A stretch of DNA of 64,000 nucleotides from assembly GCA_963842945.1 (NCBI GenBank), contig CAWJIM010000023.1:96001-160000 (forward strand), in the 5' to 3' direction. This document shows, piece by piece, positions 20,646-31,870 of this stretch. Both the position numbers and the translations under genes were made by a program. The first letter of the stretch is position 1, and each line of letters opens with the position of its first letter. The notes under the pieces were generated by a model. It had not been told where the DNA came from. It did not search any database and was given only the letters and a program-made list of their open reading frames with translations. The DNA is from an uncultured Gemmatimonadales bacterium. GTDB taxonomy: Bacteria > Gemmatimonadota > Gemmatimonadetes > Gemmatimonadales > GWC2-71-9.

Positions 20646-22460
20646 TCACTTGGATGCGCGTTGATTCGACGTTACGGGCCCCGTCACCACGTGATCCTGG
20701 CTGTCTGAGCTGTCCTCAAACTGATCGTCACCGGAGTACACAGCATTGATGCTGTGGGTGTCCGCCACGGTCAGCGGGAAAGTGCAGGTTGCGACGCCAC
20801 CGCTATTCAGCGGGGCGTCGTCGCATCCACCCGTCTCCAAAAACGAGAACACCGCTACGGTCCCAGTCGGGACGCCTCCACCCTCGCCCGTTACCTTGAC
20901 CGTCACCGTAATGTCATCACCTGAGCTCGAGGGCTCAGGAGATATGCTGGTAATCGCCGTTGTGGAGTGCAGCATGAACACGGTGATCACCTCGGTGTCT
21001 CCCAGTATGACCCCGCCCGCCGTCGCGGTAATGGTCTTATTCCCGGCGACGGTGGAGCTGAAAGTGAAGACCGCCTTGCCCGCTTGATCGGTCGTGCCCG
21101 ATTCCGGGGTTATCGTGTTTCCCTGACCGCTGGATGCCAGAGTGACCGCTATCCCGGGCAGCAGCTCACCAGCGGGCCCTTTTACGGTCACCGTGATTGT
21201 GCTGCTCCCAGCTCCCGCTCCAATGCTCTTGGGATTGGCCAGCACGATGGAGCGCGATGCGCTGGGCTCGGGAGCGGGGCAGTCAATGACGAAGGCCGCC
21301 TCCACAGTCTGACCGCCGGCCACCGTCACGGTCTTCGTAGCCCCTCCGTTGACGGTGCAGTTGCTCGCGACGTCTGAGAGCACCACGCTGTGAGATCCGG
21401 GCAAGACATTGTTCACTGTCGCTTCACCACTGGCACCGATGGGCTGGGCGCCTCCTCCGTCAATGGTGAACCGGTAGCCGTTGGCGTCCGGATTGCTTCC
21501 GGTGGTGCTGGTCGTGACATGGATCGACCCGACGGTCGGAGGTATGGCCGTGCAGGTGATGGTGAACGCCACTGTCGCCGTTGCTCCCGCCACCACGGTC
21601 ACCGTCTGGGACGCATTGTCCGCGCTGCAATTGGAAGCGACGTTCGAGAGTACCACCGTGTGCGTACCTGCCGGTGTGTTCGGCAGCTCCACCTGGCCGT
21701 TCACGCCTATCGCCTGCGCTTGCTCCCCATCCACCGCGAACTCGTACCCATCCGCGTCCGGATCCGGTCCGGCGGTCGATGTGGTGACTCGAAGTGTGCC
21801 GGTTGAGGACGGAGTGGCGGTGCAGATCACGGTGAAGTTCACCTGACTGGCTGCGCCCGCTGAAACCGTAGCAGACGCAGAGCCGCCATCGGATGCCGTG
21901 CAGTTCGCGGCCAGTCCGCTGAGCGTTACCGTATGAGTGCCCGCGGCTACGCTGGGGAAGGTGGCCGATCCGGTGGCAGGGACCGGAATGGGAGTCGTTC
22001 CATCGAGTGTCGCCGTGTAGCCGTCGGGATCGGGATCGGGGCCGGTCGTATTGATAATTAGCTGAATGCTACCGCTGCCTGGTTGAGGCGGCGTGCAGGT
22101 GACAACGAAAGCAACCGACGCCGTGACACCGGACGAGATCAACACCAGCCGAGGATTGTCGCCCTGTACCTGGCAGTTGTCGGCCACCCCGGTGAGTCCG
22201 ACGGCGTGGTTACCGGTGGCCAGCCCTGGGACTGTAACCGGGCTGGTACCGTTCAGAGCACCGCTTTCCGCGCCATCCACCACCAGGGTGTAGCCATCGG
22301 GATCGACGGAAGGTCCCGGGGTCGAAACGGTCGCGGTGAGGCTGCCGCTACCGGGACCGGTGGTATCTTCACCACCGCCACTGCAGCCGCTGAGTGAGAA
22401 TGGGACGAGCACCGAAGCAATGAACAGCCGAGTGGCTGGGGCGGACCGAGGGAAAGGCAT
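20646..22460 (-). CDS. Ig-like repeat surface lipoprotein
   Basis: Lipobox LSGC; four T.G..PD.DGY...DG..H.V.L...NC..F..C repeats followed by Big_1/Big_3-like domains. Confidence 0.85.
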   Translation of the reverse strand: MPFPRSAPATRLFIASVLVPFSLSGCSGGGEDTTGPGSGSLTATVSTPGPSVDPDGYTLVVDGAESGALNGTSPVTVPGLATGNHAVGLTGVADNCQVQGDNPRLVLISSGVTASVAFVVTCTPPQPGSGSIQLIINTTGPDPDPDGYTATLDGTTPIPVPATGSATFPSVAAGTHTVTLSGLAANCTASDGGSASATVSAGAASQVNFTVICTATPSSTGTLRVTTSTAGPDPDADGYEFAVDGEQAQAIGVNGQVELPNTPAGTHTVVLSNVASNCSADNASQTVTVVAGATATVAFTITCTAIPPTVGSIHVTTSTTGSNPDANGYRFTIDGGGAQPIGASGEATVNNVLPGSHSVVLSDVASNCTVNGGATKTVTVAGGQTVEAAFVIDCPAPEPSASRSIVLANPKSIGAGAGSSTITVTVKGPAGELLPGIAVTLASSGQGNTITPESGTTDQAGKAVFTFSSTVAGNKTITATAGGVILGDTEVITVFMLHSTTAITSISPEPSSSGDDITVTVKVTGEGGGVPTGTVAVFSFLETGGCDDAPLNSGGVATCTFPLTVADTHSINAVYSGDDQFEDSSDSQDHVVTGPVTSNQRASK

Positions 22461-22573
22461 ATTGAATCCCTTGCGAGTGGGAGGCTGGTCCTTCCGCTGT
22501 TTGGGGGGTGGTAGGAAGGTACTTCGGAAATTACGTGGCGATAGGTAAAAGCAGGCCGGAGCCGTGTCGGATT

Positions 22574-22602
22574 TGCGACAGATTGGGCCAGGATTTGTCG
22601 CA
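22574..22602. promoter_or_regulatory. Operator-like inverted repeat
   Basis: TGCGACAGAT-N9-ATTTGTCGCA (9/10 match) upstream of the Ig-repeat gene. Confidence 0.4.
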
Positions 22603-22624
22603 TTCGTGGTCGTCGCAGCCTACG

Positions 22625-23356
22625 TCATGGACTGCTGCATACCACCTCGAACGTCTCCAAAGCCGTCTCGCCCGGGACAACCCTGATCAACCGGGGGTTC
22701 TGAGCCTGAACGTGGCAGTTGGTCGCGACCAGGCTGAGACCGATCGTGTGGTTTCCGGGCGCAAGCGCGGAGAACGTGACCTGGTCGGTTCCACTCAGGG
22801 TGTCCCGTACCGCGCCGTCCAGGGAGAGGGTATAGCCATCGGGATCGAGCGGCGACCCCGATGTCGCGGTCGCAACGGTTAGGCTGCCGGTGCCTTCTGT
22901 CCCGGTGGTGGCGCTCCAGTTCCCGGTAAACGCGACGGTCTGCCCGTCGGTCAGCGTATGGCGGCCGGTGATGGTCTCCCCCGCAACCGCGCCGCTGAAG
23001 GTCCACCCGGCGGCGGGGTTTGGCCCCAGCCGGAAGGAGACCGCTCCCTCTTGAGTGACGGAGGCGGACTGAAGCGGGGCCTCGCCGATCGAGTTTACCT
23101 GCCCCTGCGCGGTGATGGTCATGGTCAGTGACCCGGAGAGGTTCCCGGTCTCGGTGGATGCCTGGCTTAGGATCAGGGTGCCGACGAAGGCCGCCTCGTC
23201 CGAGGTGAGTCCATCGAGCCCGCCCTGAAGGCTGTAGACCCCTGATATGTCGGGAAACGCATTCGGCCCGGTGTTGTCCTTCCCACCTCCACAACCGCTC
23301 AGCGAGACCGCGACGAGGCTCGAAGCGATGATGCAGTGATAAGCAGAGATGGGCAT
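22625..23356 (-). CDS. Lipoprotein with one copy of the same Ig-like repeat
   Basis: Lipobox LSGC; C-terminal DPDGYTLSLDG..NC..FEVVC. Confidence 0.75.
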   Translation of the reverse strand: MPISAYHCIIASSLVAVSLSGCGGGKDNTGPNAFPDISGVYSLQGGLDGLTSDEAAFVGTLILSQASTETGNLSGSLTMTITAQGQVNSIGEAPLQSASVTQEGAVSFRLGPNPAAGWTFSGAVAGETITGRHTLTDGQTVAFTGNWSATTGTEGTGSLTVATATSGSPLDPDGYTLSLDGAVRDTLSGTDQVTFSALAPGNHTIGLSLVATNCHVQAQNPRLIRVVPGETALETFEVVCSSP

Positions 23357-23582
23357 TTGATTGAAGGTATCCCGGAAACGGGGACGTGATAGGAAATCCG
23401 GTACGTGAGAATGACCACGCGCTTTCCGATTGAGACGAATTACGTGCGAGTGGCGACACCCAGGGGGTGCGCCTCGTAGTTACGGCGCTAGCGGCGAAGA
23501 CGCCTCCAGTCCAAGGAACTCCAGATGCCAGGCTGACGTTGAGCTGTTGTGGTGAGGTTTCCCTTCTCAACGAGCACATCAC

Positions 23583-24224
23583 ATGCGAGTGCTGTCGGTA
23601 AACGTGGGCTTGCCTCGTGAGGCCGAATGGCGGAACGAGCCGGTGACCACCGCCATCCACAAGGCGCCGGTGTCGGGACCAGTCCAGGTGCGGCGACTCA
23701 ACCTCGACGGCGACCGCCAAGCCGACCTCTCCGTCCATGGCGGTCCGGACAAGGCGGTGTATGTCTACCCCAGCGAGCACTATCCGTATTGGCGGGGCGA
23801 GCTGCCCGACGCGGACCTGCCGTGGGGCGCGTTCGGCGAGAATCTGACAGTCGAGGGGCTCAGCGAGAGCTGTCTCAGAGTCGGCGACGTGCTCCGGATC
23901 GGGACCGCCGAATTCATCGTGACACAGCCTCGGCTGCCCTGCTACAAGCTCAACGTGCGCTTCCAGCGGCCGGACATGGTCAAGCGGTTGCTCCGGAGCG
24001 GCCGGACCGGGTTCTACCTGGCCGTTATTAAGGAAGGGAAGCTCGCCGCCGGCGACGAGATCGAGCGGGTGCCCACCGATCGCTCCGCGGTCACCATACC
24101 GGAGGTCGTCACTCTGTACACTTCGAAGAATGGAGACGGCGCGCTGCTTCGGCGTGCCATTGCGACCCCTGCTCTGCCTGCTTCCTGGCGCGCTTACTTC
24201 CAGGAGCGAGCTGGTGACGCTTAG
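23583..24224 (+). CDS. MOSC + 3-alpha domain protein (YiiM-like)
   Basis: GDRQAD..HGGPDKAV, FGEN, QPRLPCYK, RTGFY. Confidence 0.92.
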   Translation: MRVLSVNVGLPREAEWRNEPVTTAIHKAPVSGPVQVRRLNLDGDRQADLSVHGGPDKAVYVYPSEHYPYWRGELPDADLPWGAFGENLTVEGLSESCLRVGDVLRIGTAEFIVTQPRLPCYKLNVRFQRPDMVKRLLRSGRTGFYLAVIKEGKLAAGDEIERVPTDRSAVTIPEVVTLYTSKNGDGALLRRAIATPALPASWRAYFQERAGDA

Positions 24225-24247
24225 TTGCGAATTGAAACTAAATCCAA

Positions 24248-24988
24248 GTGACCCCGTACTTCCGGCACCTCCATCCCATGGTGGTACCCATGCCAGCAGC
24301 CAGCGACATCACCCGCACTGCCAGACGGGCCGGCCTGCTGTACCTCGTGATCTCGATCCTCGCGAGCATCAGTTACTTCTACCTCCGTCCCCACTTCGTT
24401 GTCCCGCGAGATCCTGCGAGCACGGCGCGAAACATCCTGGCGAACGAGCAACTCTACCGCGTTGGCATCCTCATCGATCTGCTTACCCAGGTCCTCTTCA
24501 TCTTCTTGGCACTCGAGCTGTACCGCCTCTTTCGGGAGGTGGACCGGAATCAGGCGCGGATCATGGTCGGTCTCGTTGGCGTCGGCACCGCAGTCCAGTT
24601 TGCCGGATTCGCGTTGAATGCTGCTCCCCTGATTTTTCTGGGCCAGGGCGACGCCCTTTCCGCCTTCACCCGGCCACAGCTAGAGGGGCTCGCCTATGCG
24701 TCTCTCAGCCTGGGCGAGAAACAGGGGGAACAGTTGACCTTGCTGTGGGGATTGTGGCTGTTCCCCTTTGCAGTGTTGACGATACGGTCGGGATTCCTGC
24801 CCAAATTCCTGGGCGTGCTGCTCATTCTCACCGGCGTGGCGTATGTCCTGACCTGCGTAGTCAGCCTCGTGTTTCCGGCTCAGGCCGAGCGAGTCGGCGG
24901 ATTCCTGCTCCCGTTCTACTTCGGCGAGCTCATCGTGGTCCTCTGGCTGGCGTTCGTCGGCGCCCGGCCTCGGGTAGCGGAGGCATGA
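24248..24988 (+). CDS. DUF4386-like membrane protein
   Basis: ARRAGLLYL, TARNILANE, WGLWL..SGFLPKFLG, GEL..LWL. Confidence 0.8.
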   Translation: MTPYFRHLHPMVVPMPAASDITRTARRAGLLYLVISILASISYFYLRPHFVVPRDPASTARNILANEQLYRVGILIDLLTQVLFIFLALELYRLFREVDRNQARIMVGLVGVGTAVQFAGFALNAAPLIFLGQGDALSAFTRPQLEGLAYASLSLGEKQGEQLTLLWGLWLFPFAVLTIRSGFLPKFLGVLLILTGVAYVLTCVVSLVFPAQAERVGGFLLPFYFGELIVVLWLAFVGARPRVAEA

Positions 24989-25064
24989 GGCCAGCCGTTC
25001 AGGGTGACCGCTGGAAGGCCGATACTAGCAAGGTCCCTTCCCCACGGACCGCGAGCGAGCGCCC

Positions 25065-26414
25065 ATGTCGAAGCGAGGCATAACCGCAAAGCAGCGCGCC
25101 TGGCTGCTGGACGAGCTGAACGTCTGGCGGCGGGACGCCATCGTCTCCGAGGAGCAGTCCCGGCGGATCACCGACCTCTACGAAGGTGCAGGTGAGCTGG
25201 CCGAGCGGGGCCGGTCGCGCGCGGTGTTCACTCTCATGGCCGCGGCGGCGACGCTGGTGGGCCTGGCCGCCCTGCTTCTGATCGGCTACAACTGGGACCA
25301 GCTCGATCGCCTGACCAAGCTCGCCATGGTGCTCGGCACCATCGCCGTCACCCACGCCATCGGCTTCTCGCTGCGATACGGCCGGAACGCACGCGCCGGC
25401 TCGGAGGCGGTGTTCTTCCTCGGCTGCCTCTTCTACGGGGCAGGCATCTGGCTGGTCGCCCAGGTCTTTCATATCAACGCGCACTATCCCGACGGACTCT
25501 GGTGGTGGGCGGTAGGCGTCCTGCCGTTCGCATTGTGTCTGGAGACCCGGCTGCTGCACGCACTGGTGGTCGGCATCCTCGCGGTGTGGGTGGGCCAGGA
25601 GATCCTCAACTTCAGCTATCTGGGCGGCTGGTTCTTCGGCCGCTGGAACGCCATTCCCAACGCCGCGTACAGCCTGCCGCTCCTTGCCTTGCCGGGAATG
25701 GTGTGGGCGTATCGGAAGGATTCGGTGCGAACCCTGAGCATGTACGTCCCGCTGCTGGCCTGGTGGGTCGTGCTCCAGGCGATCGCCTGGAAGCTGGGAT
25801 CGAACCCGATCTACTTCGTGGGCGCGGTCGGCGCGCTGCTCCTGGTGATCGCCGAGTCGCATGCGGAGGGGAGCCGGTTCGCCGTTCCGTATAGGCATTA
25901 CGGCAGTCTGCTGGTGGGAGGAGCCCTGGTGCCGCTCAGCTTCTACGCCCTGGGCAAGCACATGGGCCAGGACTCGATGAAGGTGGCGATCCCGCCGGCT
26001 CTGCTCACCCTGGTCGCCCTGGCGATCGTGCTGCGGGGTGGGCGGAAGATCACCAATCGTCAGCTCGTGCCGGTGGGACTCGCGCTGCTGATGACGGTGC
26101 TTCCGGTGATCGCGGTCGGATTCAAGGGACCGGGCGGCGCAGGCACCGGCGCGCTCCTGGCCACGGTGCTGGTCAACGTCGCCATGGTGGCGGGCGCCTT
26201 CTGGCTGATGCAGATCGGGCTCCGGGAGGACCGGGGACGGCCCTTCGGCGCCGGCGTGCTCTACTTCCTGCTCTGGGCGGTGCTCCGGTACGTGGATCTG
26301 TTCGGCGGCGCCGGAGGCATGGTGGGCGCGGCCATGATGTTCTTCGGCTGCGGCGCGGTGCTGTTCGCCGTCGGCCGTTACTGGCAGGGACGGAAGGAGG
26401 TGCGGTATGCCTGA
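25065..26414 (+). CDS. DUF2157 membrane protein
   Basis: IGYNW, GAGIWLVAQVFHI, RYVDLF; multiple TM helices. Confidence 0.8.
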   Translation: MSKRGITAKQRAWLLDELNVWRRDAIVSEEQSRRITDLYEGAGELAERGRSRAVFTLMAAAATLVGLAALLLIGYNWDQLDRLTKLAMVLGTIAVTHAIGFSLRYGRNARAGSEAVFFLGCLFYGAGIWLVAQVFHINAHYPDGLWWWAVGVLPFALCLETRLLHALVVGILAVWVGQEILNFSYLGGWFFGRWNAIPNAAYSLPLLALPGMVWAYRKDSVRTLSMYVPLLAWWVVLQAIAWKLGSNPIYFVGAVGALLLVIAESHAEGSRFAVPYRHYGSLLVGGALVPLSFYALGKHMGQDSMKVAIPPALLTLVALAIVLRGGRKITNRQLVPVGLALLMTVLPVIAVGFKGPGGAGTGALLATVLVNVAMVAGAFWLMQIGLREDRGRPFGAGVLYFLLWAVLRYVDLFGGAGGMVGAAMMFFGCGAVLFAVGRYWQGRKEVRYA

Positions 26415-26924
26415 GCGGAAGATTCTCAAGTTCACCGTGGTGGCTCAGCTCGCCATCCTGGTCGCGATGATCGGTCTCCGCGCCATTCCCCTGGTGACCG
26501 GGCAGACGGTGCTGGTGCGGGTGCAGCCGGTCGATCCGCGGGACCTGTTCCGGGGCGACTACGTCACCCTCAGCTACGACTTCAGCCGGGTCTCCGCGGG
26601 ATACGATCCAAGGCCTGTCTGAACGGGACGTCTGGGGCTCGAGGAAGACCGAGGGGCGGCCGGTGTACGTGACCCTGGTGCCGGACTCGGACCGGGTCCA
26701 CTGGCGGGCCGACAAGTACACCGTGGCCAAGCCGGACGGCGGGCTATTTCTCAAGGGGCAGATGGGCCGCTACGGGTCGCTCCAGTTCGGGATCGAGTCG
26801 TACTTCGTGCAGGAGGGCACCGGCCACATGTACGAGCGCGCGATCCGGGACCACAAGCTCTCGGCCGAGCTGGCGGTTACCTCCGAGTGGCCAAGCCGCA
26901 CTGAGGTCGCTGCGCATCGAGTAA
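26407..26924 (+). CDS. GDYXXLXY-domain protein (frameshifted)
   Basis: PVDPRDLFRGDYVTLSY, FGIESYFVQEG; usual partner of DUF2157. Confidence 0.85.
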
Positions 26925-27133
26925 TGGGTTAGTGTCCTGCCGTAAGCCCCTACCTTTTGTGTATGGCCTCGAGCTTCCCGCCATAACACTCTCCGCCCAC
27001 CTAGATTCAGCTACCCCTAACGCAAGAGACCAGGGCGACGTAGTTCTGGTGCCGAACACCAGGTCCAGGCGCGACCGATCAGAGGAGTTGTTGCATGTCA
27101 CTCAGATTTACCGCGCCGGGCAGGTAAGCCGGG

Positions 27134-28054
27134 ATGTTTGGACGCCGGCGGCCGTTTGGCCTGGGGCTGGTGCGTCCGAGTCCGATTCGGAAGCACACGC
27201 CATTCGAGGAATGGGAACAACTCAGTGCCCGGAAGCCGAATTCGCCAGGGATAGCGGTAAGCGTGCTGCTGCACGCGACGATCATCCTCCTGGTGATCTT
27301 CTCCACGACTACCAAGGGCGATAACAGAAGTAGCCCGGCTCAGGACCGGCCGCAGGCAGTGCAGATGGTATACCTGCCACCCAAAGAGGCGCCGCCGAGA
27401 CCCAAGCCGGCGCCGGCGCCCAAGCCGCCGCCAGCGCCAAAACCGCCGGCGCCCAAGCCACCTCCTCCCCCTCCCCCACTACCTCGGGCCATGGCCGACG
27501 CATTCCGGCGTCGCCCGCCGGAGCTCGCTCTGCCCGCAAAGACCGACGTTCGCGTGCCTGAGCACGACCGGCCGGCCGCCGCCGATCCCCATCCGGAGAA
27601 GCCGACCGCAAACACCACGGCAGCAGAGCGAGAAGATCCGATGGTCAGCGAGGCCCGCCGGCTGTTTGGCTCGAAGTCACAGCGGGGCGGGAACGTTGGC
27701 CCGGTCTCCACGGGCCTGCCGGTGAACACCATGACGGGGGGAACGCGCTGCCCCTTCAGCGGCGAGGAGGTACAGTCGATGCCTCGACCGACCGAGGGGG
27801 TGATCGAGGGAATCGTGCGGATGGAGTCGAGCGGGCGGCCAATTCCGGGCGCCTTCCTTCAGGTTCTCGGCACCGGCTTCTCGACCTTTGCCGATCAGAC
27901 CGGGCATTACCGGCTCCGGTTCGATCCGGCGCTGGTGGATGTCTGCCGCAGCCAGCTCGTGCGGGTGACGGCCCCCGGCTATCGGGCGCGCACCATGGTT
28001 CTCAGCTACGGTCAGGCGGCAGACAACGCGGTCGATCTTCCGGCAAAGCATTAG
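27134..28054 (+). CDS. Membrane-anchored Pro-rich protein with carboxypeptidase-regulatory-like domain
   Basis: SVLLH TonB-type TM, Pro-rich linker, C-terminal G.V..SGRPIPGA..AD..G.Y..V.APGY. Confidence 0.65.
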   Translation: MFGRRRPFGLGLVRPSPIRKHTPFEEWEQLSARKPNSPGIAVSVLLHATIILLVIFSTTTKGDNRSSPAQDRPQAVQMVYLPPKEAPPRPKPAPAPKPPPAPKPPAPKPPPPPPPLPRAMADAFRRRPPELALPAKTDVRVPEHDRPAAADPHPEKPTANTTAAEREDPMVSEARRLFGSKSQRGGNVGPVSTGLPVNTMTGGTRCPFSGEEVQSMPRPTEGVIEGIVRMESSGRPIPGAFLQVLGTGFSTFADQTGHYRLRFDPALVDVCRSQLVRVTAPGYRARTMVLSYGQAADNAVDLPAKH

Positions 28055-28729
28055 TTGAAAGTCCTGATCTTCGGCGCGACCGGCATGGTGGGTCAGGGCG
28101 TCCTCCGCGAGTGTCTCGTTGCGGAGGACGTTACCGAAGTCCTGGCGGTCGGCCGGAGCCCGGTGGAGCAGCAGCATCCCAAGCTGCGTCAGCTGGTGGT
28201 CGCAGACCTCACGAATCTCCAACCATACGAAGCCGAGCTCCGCGGTTACAACGCCTGTTTCTTCTGTCTCGGCGTGTCGTCGGGGGGGATGAAGGAGCCG
28301 GAGTACACCCGTCTCACTTACGATCTGACTCTGGGCGTCGCGAGCCTGCTCGCCCGGCTCAACCCCGGCATGGTGTTCATCTATGTCTCGGGGGCAGGAA
28401 CTGATAGCACCGAGAAGGGCCGCATCATGTGGGCCCGGGTCAAGGGGAAAACCGAGAACGATCTCGCGAAGCTCCCGTTTGCCGGCGTGTACCTCTTCCG
28501 GCCGGGCATCATCCAGCCGCTCCACGGGATCAGGTCGAAGACGCCGAGCTATCGAATCTTTTACGTCCTGGCGAAACCGTTGTTGCCGCTGGCCAGGGCA
28601 CTCCTGCCCAGCCTGGTGCAGACCACGGAAGAGATGGGCCGGGCGATGCTGAATGCCGCGCGCCTGGGCCCCGGACGACGGGTGCTGGAGACCAGGGACA
28701 TTGCCCGGCTCGCCCGGGAGCGGCGATAG
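28055..28729 (+). CDS. NAD(P)-binding epimerase/SDR protein
   Basis: FGATGMVGQG, WARVKG, FRPG. Confidence 0.88.
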   Translation: MKVLIFGATGMVGQGVLRECLVAEDVTEVLAVGRSPVEQQHPKLRQLVVADLTNLQPYEAELRGYNACFFCLGVSSGGMKEPEYTRLTYDLTLGVASLLARLNPGMVFIYVSGAGTDSTEKGRIMWARVKGKTENDLAKLPFAGVYLFRPGIIQPLHGIRSKTPSYRIFYVLAKPLLPLARALLPSLVQTTEEMGRAMLNAARLGPGRRVLETRDIARLARERR

Positions 28730-28735
28730 CTTACC

Positions 28736-29693
28736 TCAAGCCAGAACCTTTTGGCACAACTGTGTGCCCGTGTCCCGAACCGCGCCGAACTCATCGGTAA
28801 AGGTCCACTCGTATCGGTCCGGATACAGGTCGAACCGTACGACGCCGTGCGCCACCACCACCTTCTCGCTGTTCGGGTGCTGGGTCACGATGCCGCGCAG
28901 CTTGACGCCAGCCGTGCCGACCACGAACTGCCGGATCCCCGCTTCGCTCGCCGCGCCGTCCGCCGTCATCTTCCGGAGCCGCTCCCAGCGGTGGGCGTGC
29001 CCGCTCAGCGCGAATTCGCAGCCGGCTGCCTGCAGGATCCGCCACCACGGTCCGACCCGCGCCTTCCAGGTCATGTCCTTCGGGTGGCCGGCGAGCGCTG
29101 TGTGGTACTCGCATACGCTGGAGAACATCGGGTAGTGGAACAGCGCCAGGTACTGCCTGTCCGGGTGCGCCGCCAGGTCGTCCCTGAGCCAGTTGGCTTG
29201 CACCGTCGGGCTGGCGCCTCCGTTGCCTGCGTCGCTGCAGTTGAGGACGTACGCCCGCCAGTGGTCGCCGACGTCCTGCGCGAAGTAGGGCTGCGCCTTC
29301 GTGTAAGCGTAGTAGGCCGCCCCAGGCGGGTCGACGTACTCCGTGTCGTGGTTCCCGATCGCGAAGATGGTCCGCTCGCGGAAGGCGCCCCAGCTCGAAG
29401 CGTAGTACTGCTCGTACTCGACCGCCTTGCCGGTGTGGGTGAGGTCGCCGACCATGAACGCCTGCGCGCGTCGGGTCCGCATCGAGGACCTTCTTCACCA
29501 GGGCGGCCGTCCGGAGCCGTGGCTTCGGCTGTAAGAGCGCGGCGTGCAGGTCGCCGGCGCCGATCAGAACCGCGCCGCCGTCCGCCCGGCCGAGCGCCAT
29601 CTCGGGCGCCAGCAGCCGGTCGCTCAGGCAGCCCCCGATCCACGGCGCGGCCGCGGCCGCGAGGATCCCCTTCACTGCGTCTCGTCGTCTCAT
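28736..29693 (-). CDS. Tat-exported metallophosphoesterase (frameshift near 29470)
   Basis: MRRRDAVK; AGDLH, GD, GNHD, H, GHAH metal motifs. Confidence 0.85.
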
Positions 29694-29961
29694 GATTTGA
29701 CTCCTGTGTGAGTTCCCTCGAGCCAGCTCGCCGCTCGCAGGCGAGTCGACGTTCTTGCGACCAGCGGCTTTCGGCCGTACTGGGGGACTGTCGTCCTAGG
29801 GTTCGAAAAAGGTGGTTGGGGGAGGTCAAGCAGATATCAAGAATATACAACCGCATCGCCTTGTCGGCGAGCAGGCGACCCGGCGCACAATCAGGGGGTG
29901 TCAGCTATCACAACAATGAACTTGACGCACTTCCTGCCAAGAAGCGGACGGCTTCGATCGA

Positions 29962-30713
29962 TTAGTCGCGGGCGTACAGGATCGAGACCCCGGGCTCCGA
30001 CACCAGCACCCGGCTGACCACCCGATGCTTCCGGGAGATCCAGTAGCGGGCCTGGGGAGCCGCGCTGTCCGGCTGGGCCACCACCTCCCATACCGCTTCC
30101 GGGCCCCGCGATTTCCGCGCGATCGTGGTGTCACCACCACCCGAACCTCATACCAGCTCACGCGATCCAACCGATCGGTGTAAACCGGGAGCCGGGCGCA
30201 GTAGCCCTGCTCCAGAGGAAGCGCCGAAACGGCGAGGGCCAGCACGTTCCACTCGAAGGGCGCCACTCCCAGCCGGCGGTCGAGGAAGGTGGGCGCGCTG
30301 TCGGCCGGAGTCGTCTGACCATGCACCCGGTCCGCAGCGAAATCGAGTCTGACGGTCCGGGCCGCGTTGTGCGACTGAAATCGAAAGGGCTTCAGTGTCT
30401 CGGGATCGACCCAGGAGCTGTCTGTGGTCCTGGCTCTGGGTGTGTCGAACACCAGCACATCCAGCAGCGCCGGACGTCCCTCGAGCCGGCCGGCAGTAAG
30501 AGTCTCGGTCTGGGTGCCGAAGGGGCTGCTGCTGTCGCCCCGGGTAAGCGTCAGCTGCCGCACAACGGTGAAGTCGGTGAGATACCTGGCGGAGATCGTT
30601 TTCGTACCGGCAGTAAGGGTCTCGCACCCGTCGATTCCCCTGCCCTCGCTCCCAGATGATCCTGTGCCCACGACAGCGATCATCGCATATAACAGGAATG
30701 AGCTGCTCGGCAT
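29962..30713 (-). CDS. Exported hypothetical protein (frameshift near 30130)
   Basis: Signal-like N-terminus; beta-rich; C-terminus continues in another frame to TAA at 29962. Confidence 0.55.
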
Positions 30714-30732
30714 GTCCTGCCCTCCGTGAGAC

Positions 30733-31666
30733 TCAGCGCGACGACTGGTCGCCCGGATTCACCGCCTTGTCGCGCTCCGCGGCCATGAGGTGCAGGGCCA
30801 GCGCCTTCCGCGAGTGGAGACCCAGGCGGGTGAGCACCCGCTCGAGATAGTGGCGGACGGTGTGGGCGCTCAGCCGCATCCGCTGGGCGATGGCCGCGTT
30901 GGAGAGTCCTTCCGCCGCCAGCAGCGCAACCTGCGGCTCGCGGCCGCGGAGTCCGAAGCTGACCCGGAGCTCCCGCGTGGTCGGGAGGTCCGGCCCCACC
31001 CGATCCATCAAGATCAGCACGCCGGCGTCGGGGAGCAGCGTCCCCGCGGGTGCGCGCTTGGCGATCAGCCGATAGCTCCCTCCGGACAGCTCCAGCTCGA
31101 CATAATCCTCCCGCATCGAGCCGACCGAGGCGCGCGGTGTGTCCGGCCTGGCGGGTGATGAGCTCGCGCAGCCGGTCCCGCTGGGGCTCATCGTTCAGCA
31201 GCTCGTCCCACCGCTCGTTCCGCACCACCTCCTGCAGCCCTTCCCGGCGGAAGATCGCCATCCCGGCATTCACGTCGTCGCACACCTGGCCCAGCATGCT
31301 CAGCCAGTCGTCCAGCCGGCGAAGGACCGCCAGTCCGGCGGCGAGGGCGCAGCGCATGGACACGACGGGAAGGCATTCCTCGGAGGACGCTGTCACTTGC
31401 GGCAGGAGGCTTCCCGGGGGAAGCGCATCGGTGGAGTCGAGGGCGGCCTGGAGCCAGCCGGGCTCGTCACCCTCGAGCCGGAGCAGCTCCTCCAGCTCGG
31501 CCGTCGCGACCGAACCGGAAGAGCCCGGCACCCCGCGAGCGTCGCGGACCCGGGTGAGGCTCTCGGCCAGCCAGGCGTGCCGGCTGCCCCATTCCAGGGG
31601 GGACGCCAGGGCATCCATTGCCCGAACGACAGCCGCCAGATCGATGGATACGGCAGATGAGGTCAC
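30733..31666 (-). CDS. LuxR-family HTH regulator (frameshift near 31140; start approximate)
   Basis: GL..RE.QVALLAAEGLSNAAIAQRMRLSAHTVRHYLERVL..LG. Confidence 0.8.
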
Positions 31667-31870
31667 TCCTGCACTACGCGTCCTGTTCTGGCGGGTTTCC
31701 AGAGTTGGCCGGTGGCCCCAGCCGCAGGGCTCAGGGCATGAGACGGGGGTCCGGCGGCGCGAAATCATGGGACGAACGTCCCCTGCGCAGGCGGTACCGG
31801 CAGCGCAGCTTCAACCGTGACCCAATGCACAAGACGAGATGACCATCCGCTCTGCCTCAGGAGGAGTCCT

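Noticed and set aside
26620..26622. TGA in the GDYXXLXY gene as selenocysteine
   Set aside because: It arises from an upstream indel; the continuation is in another frame.
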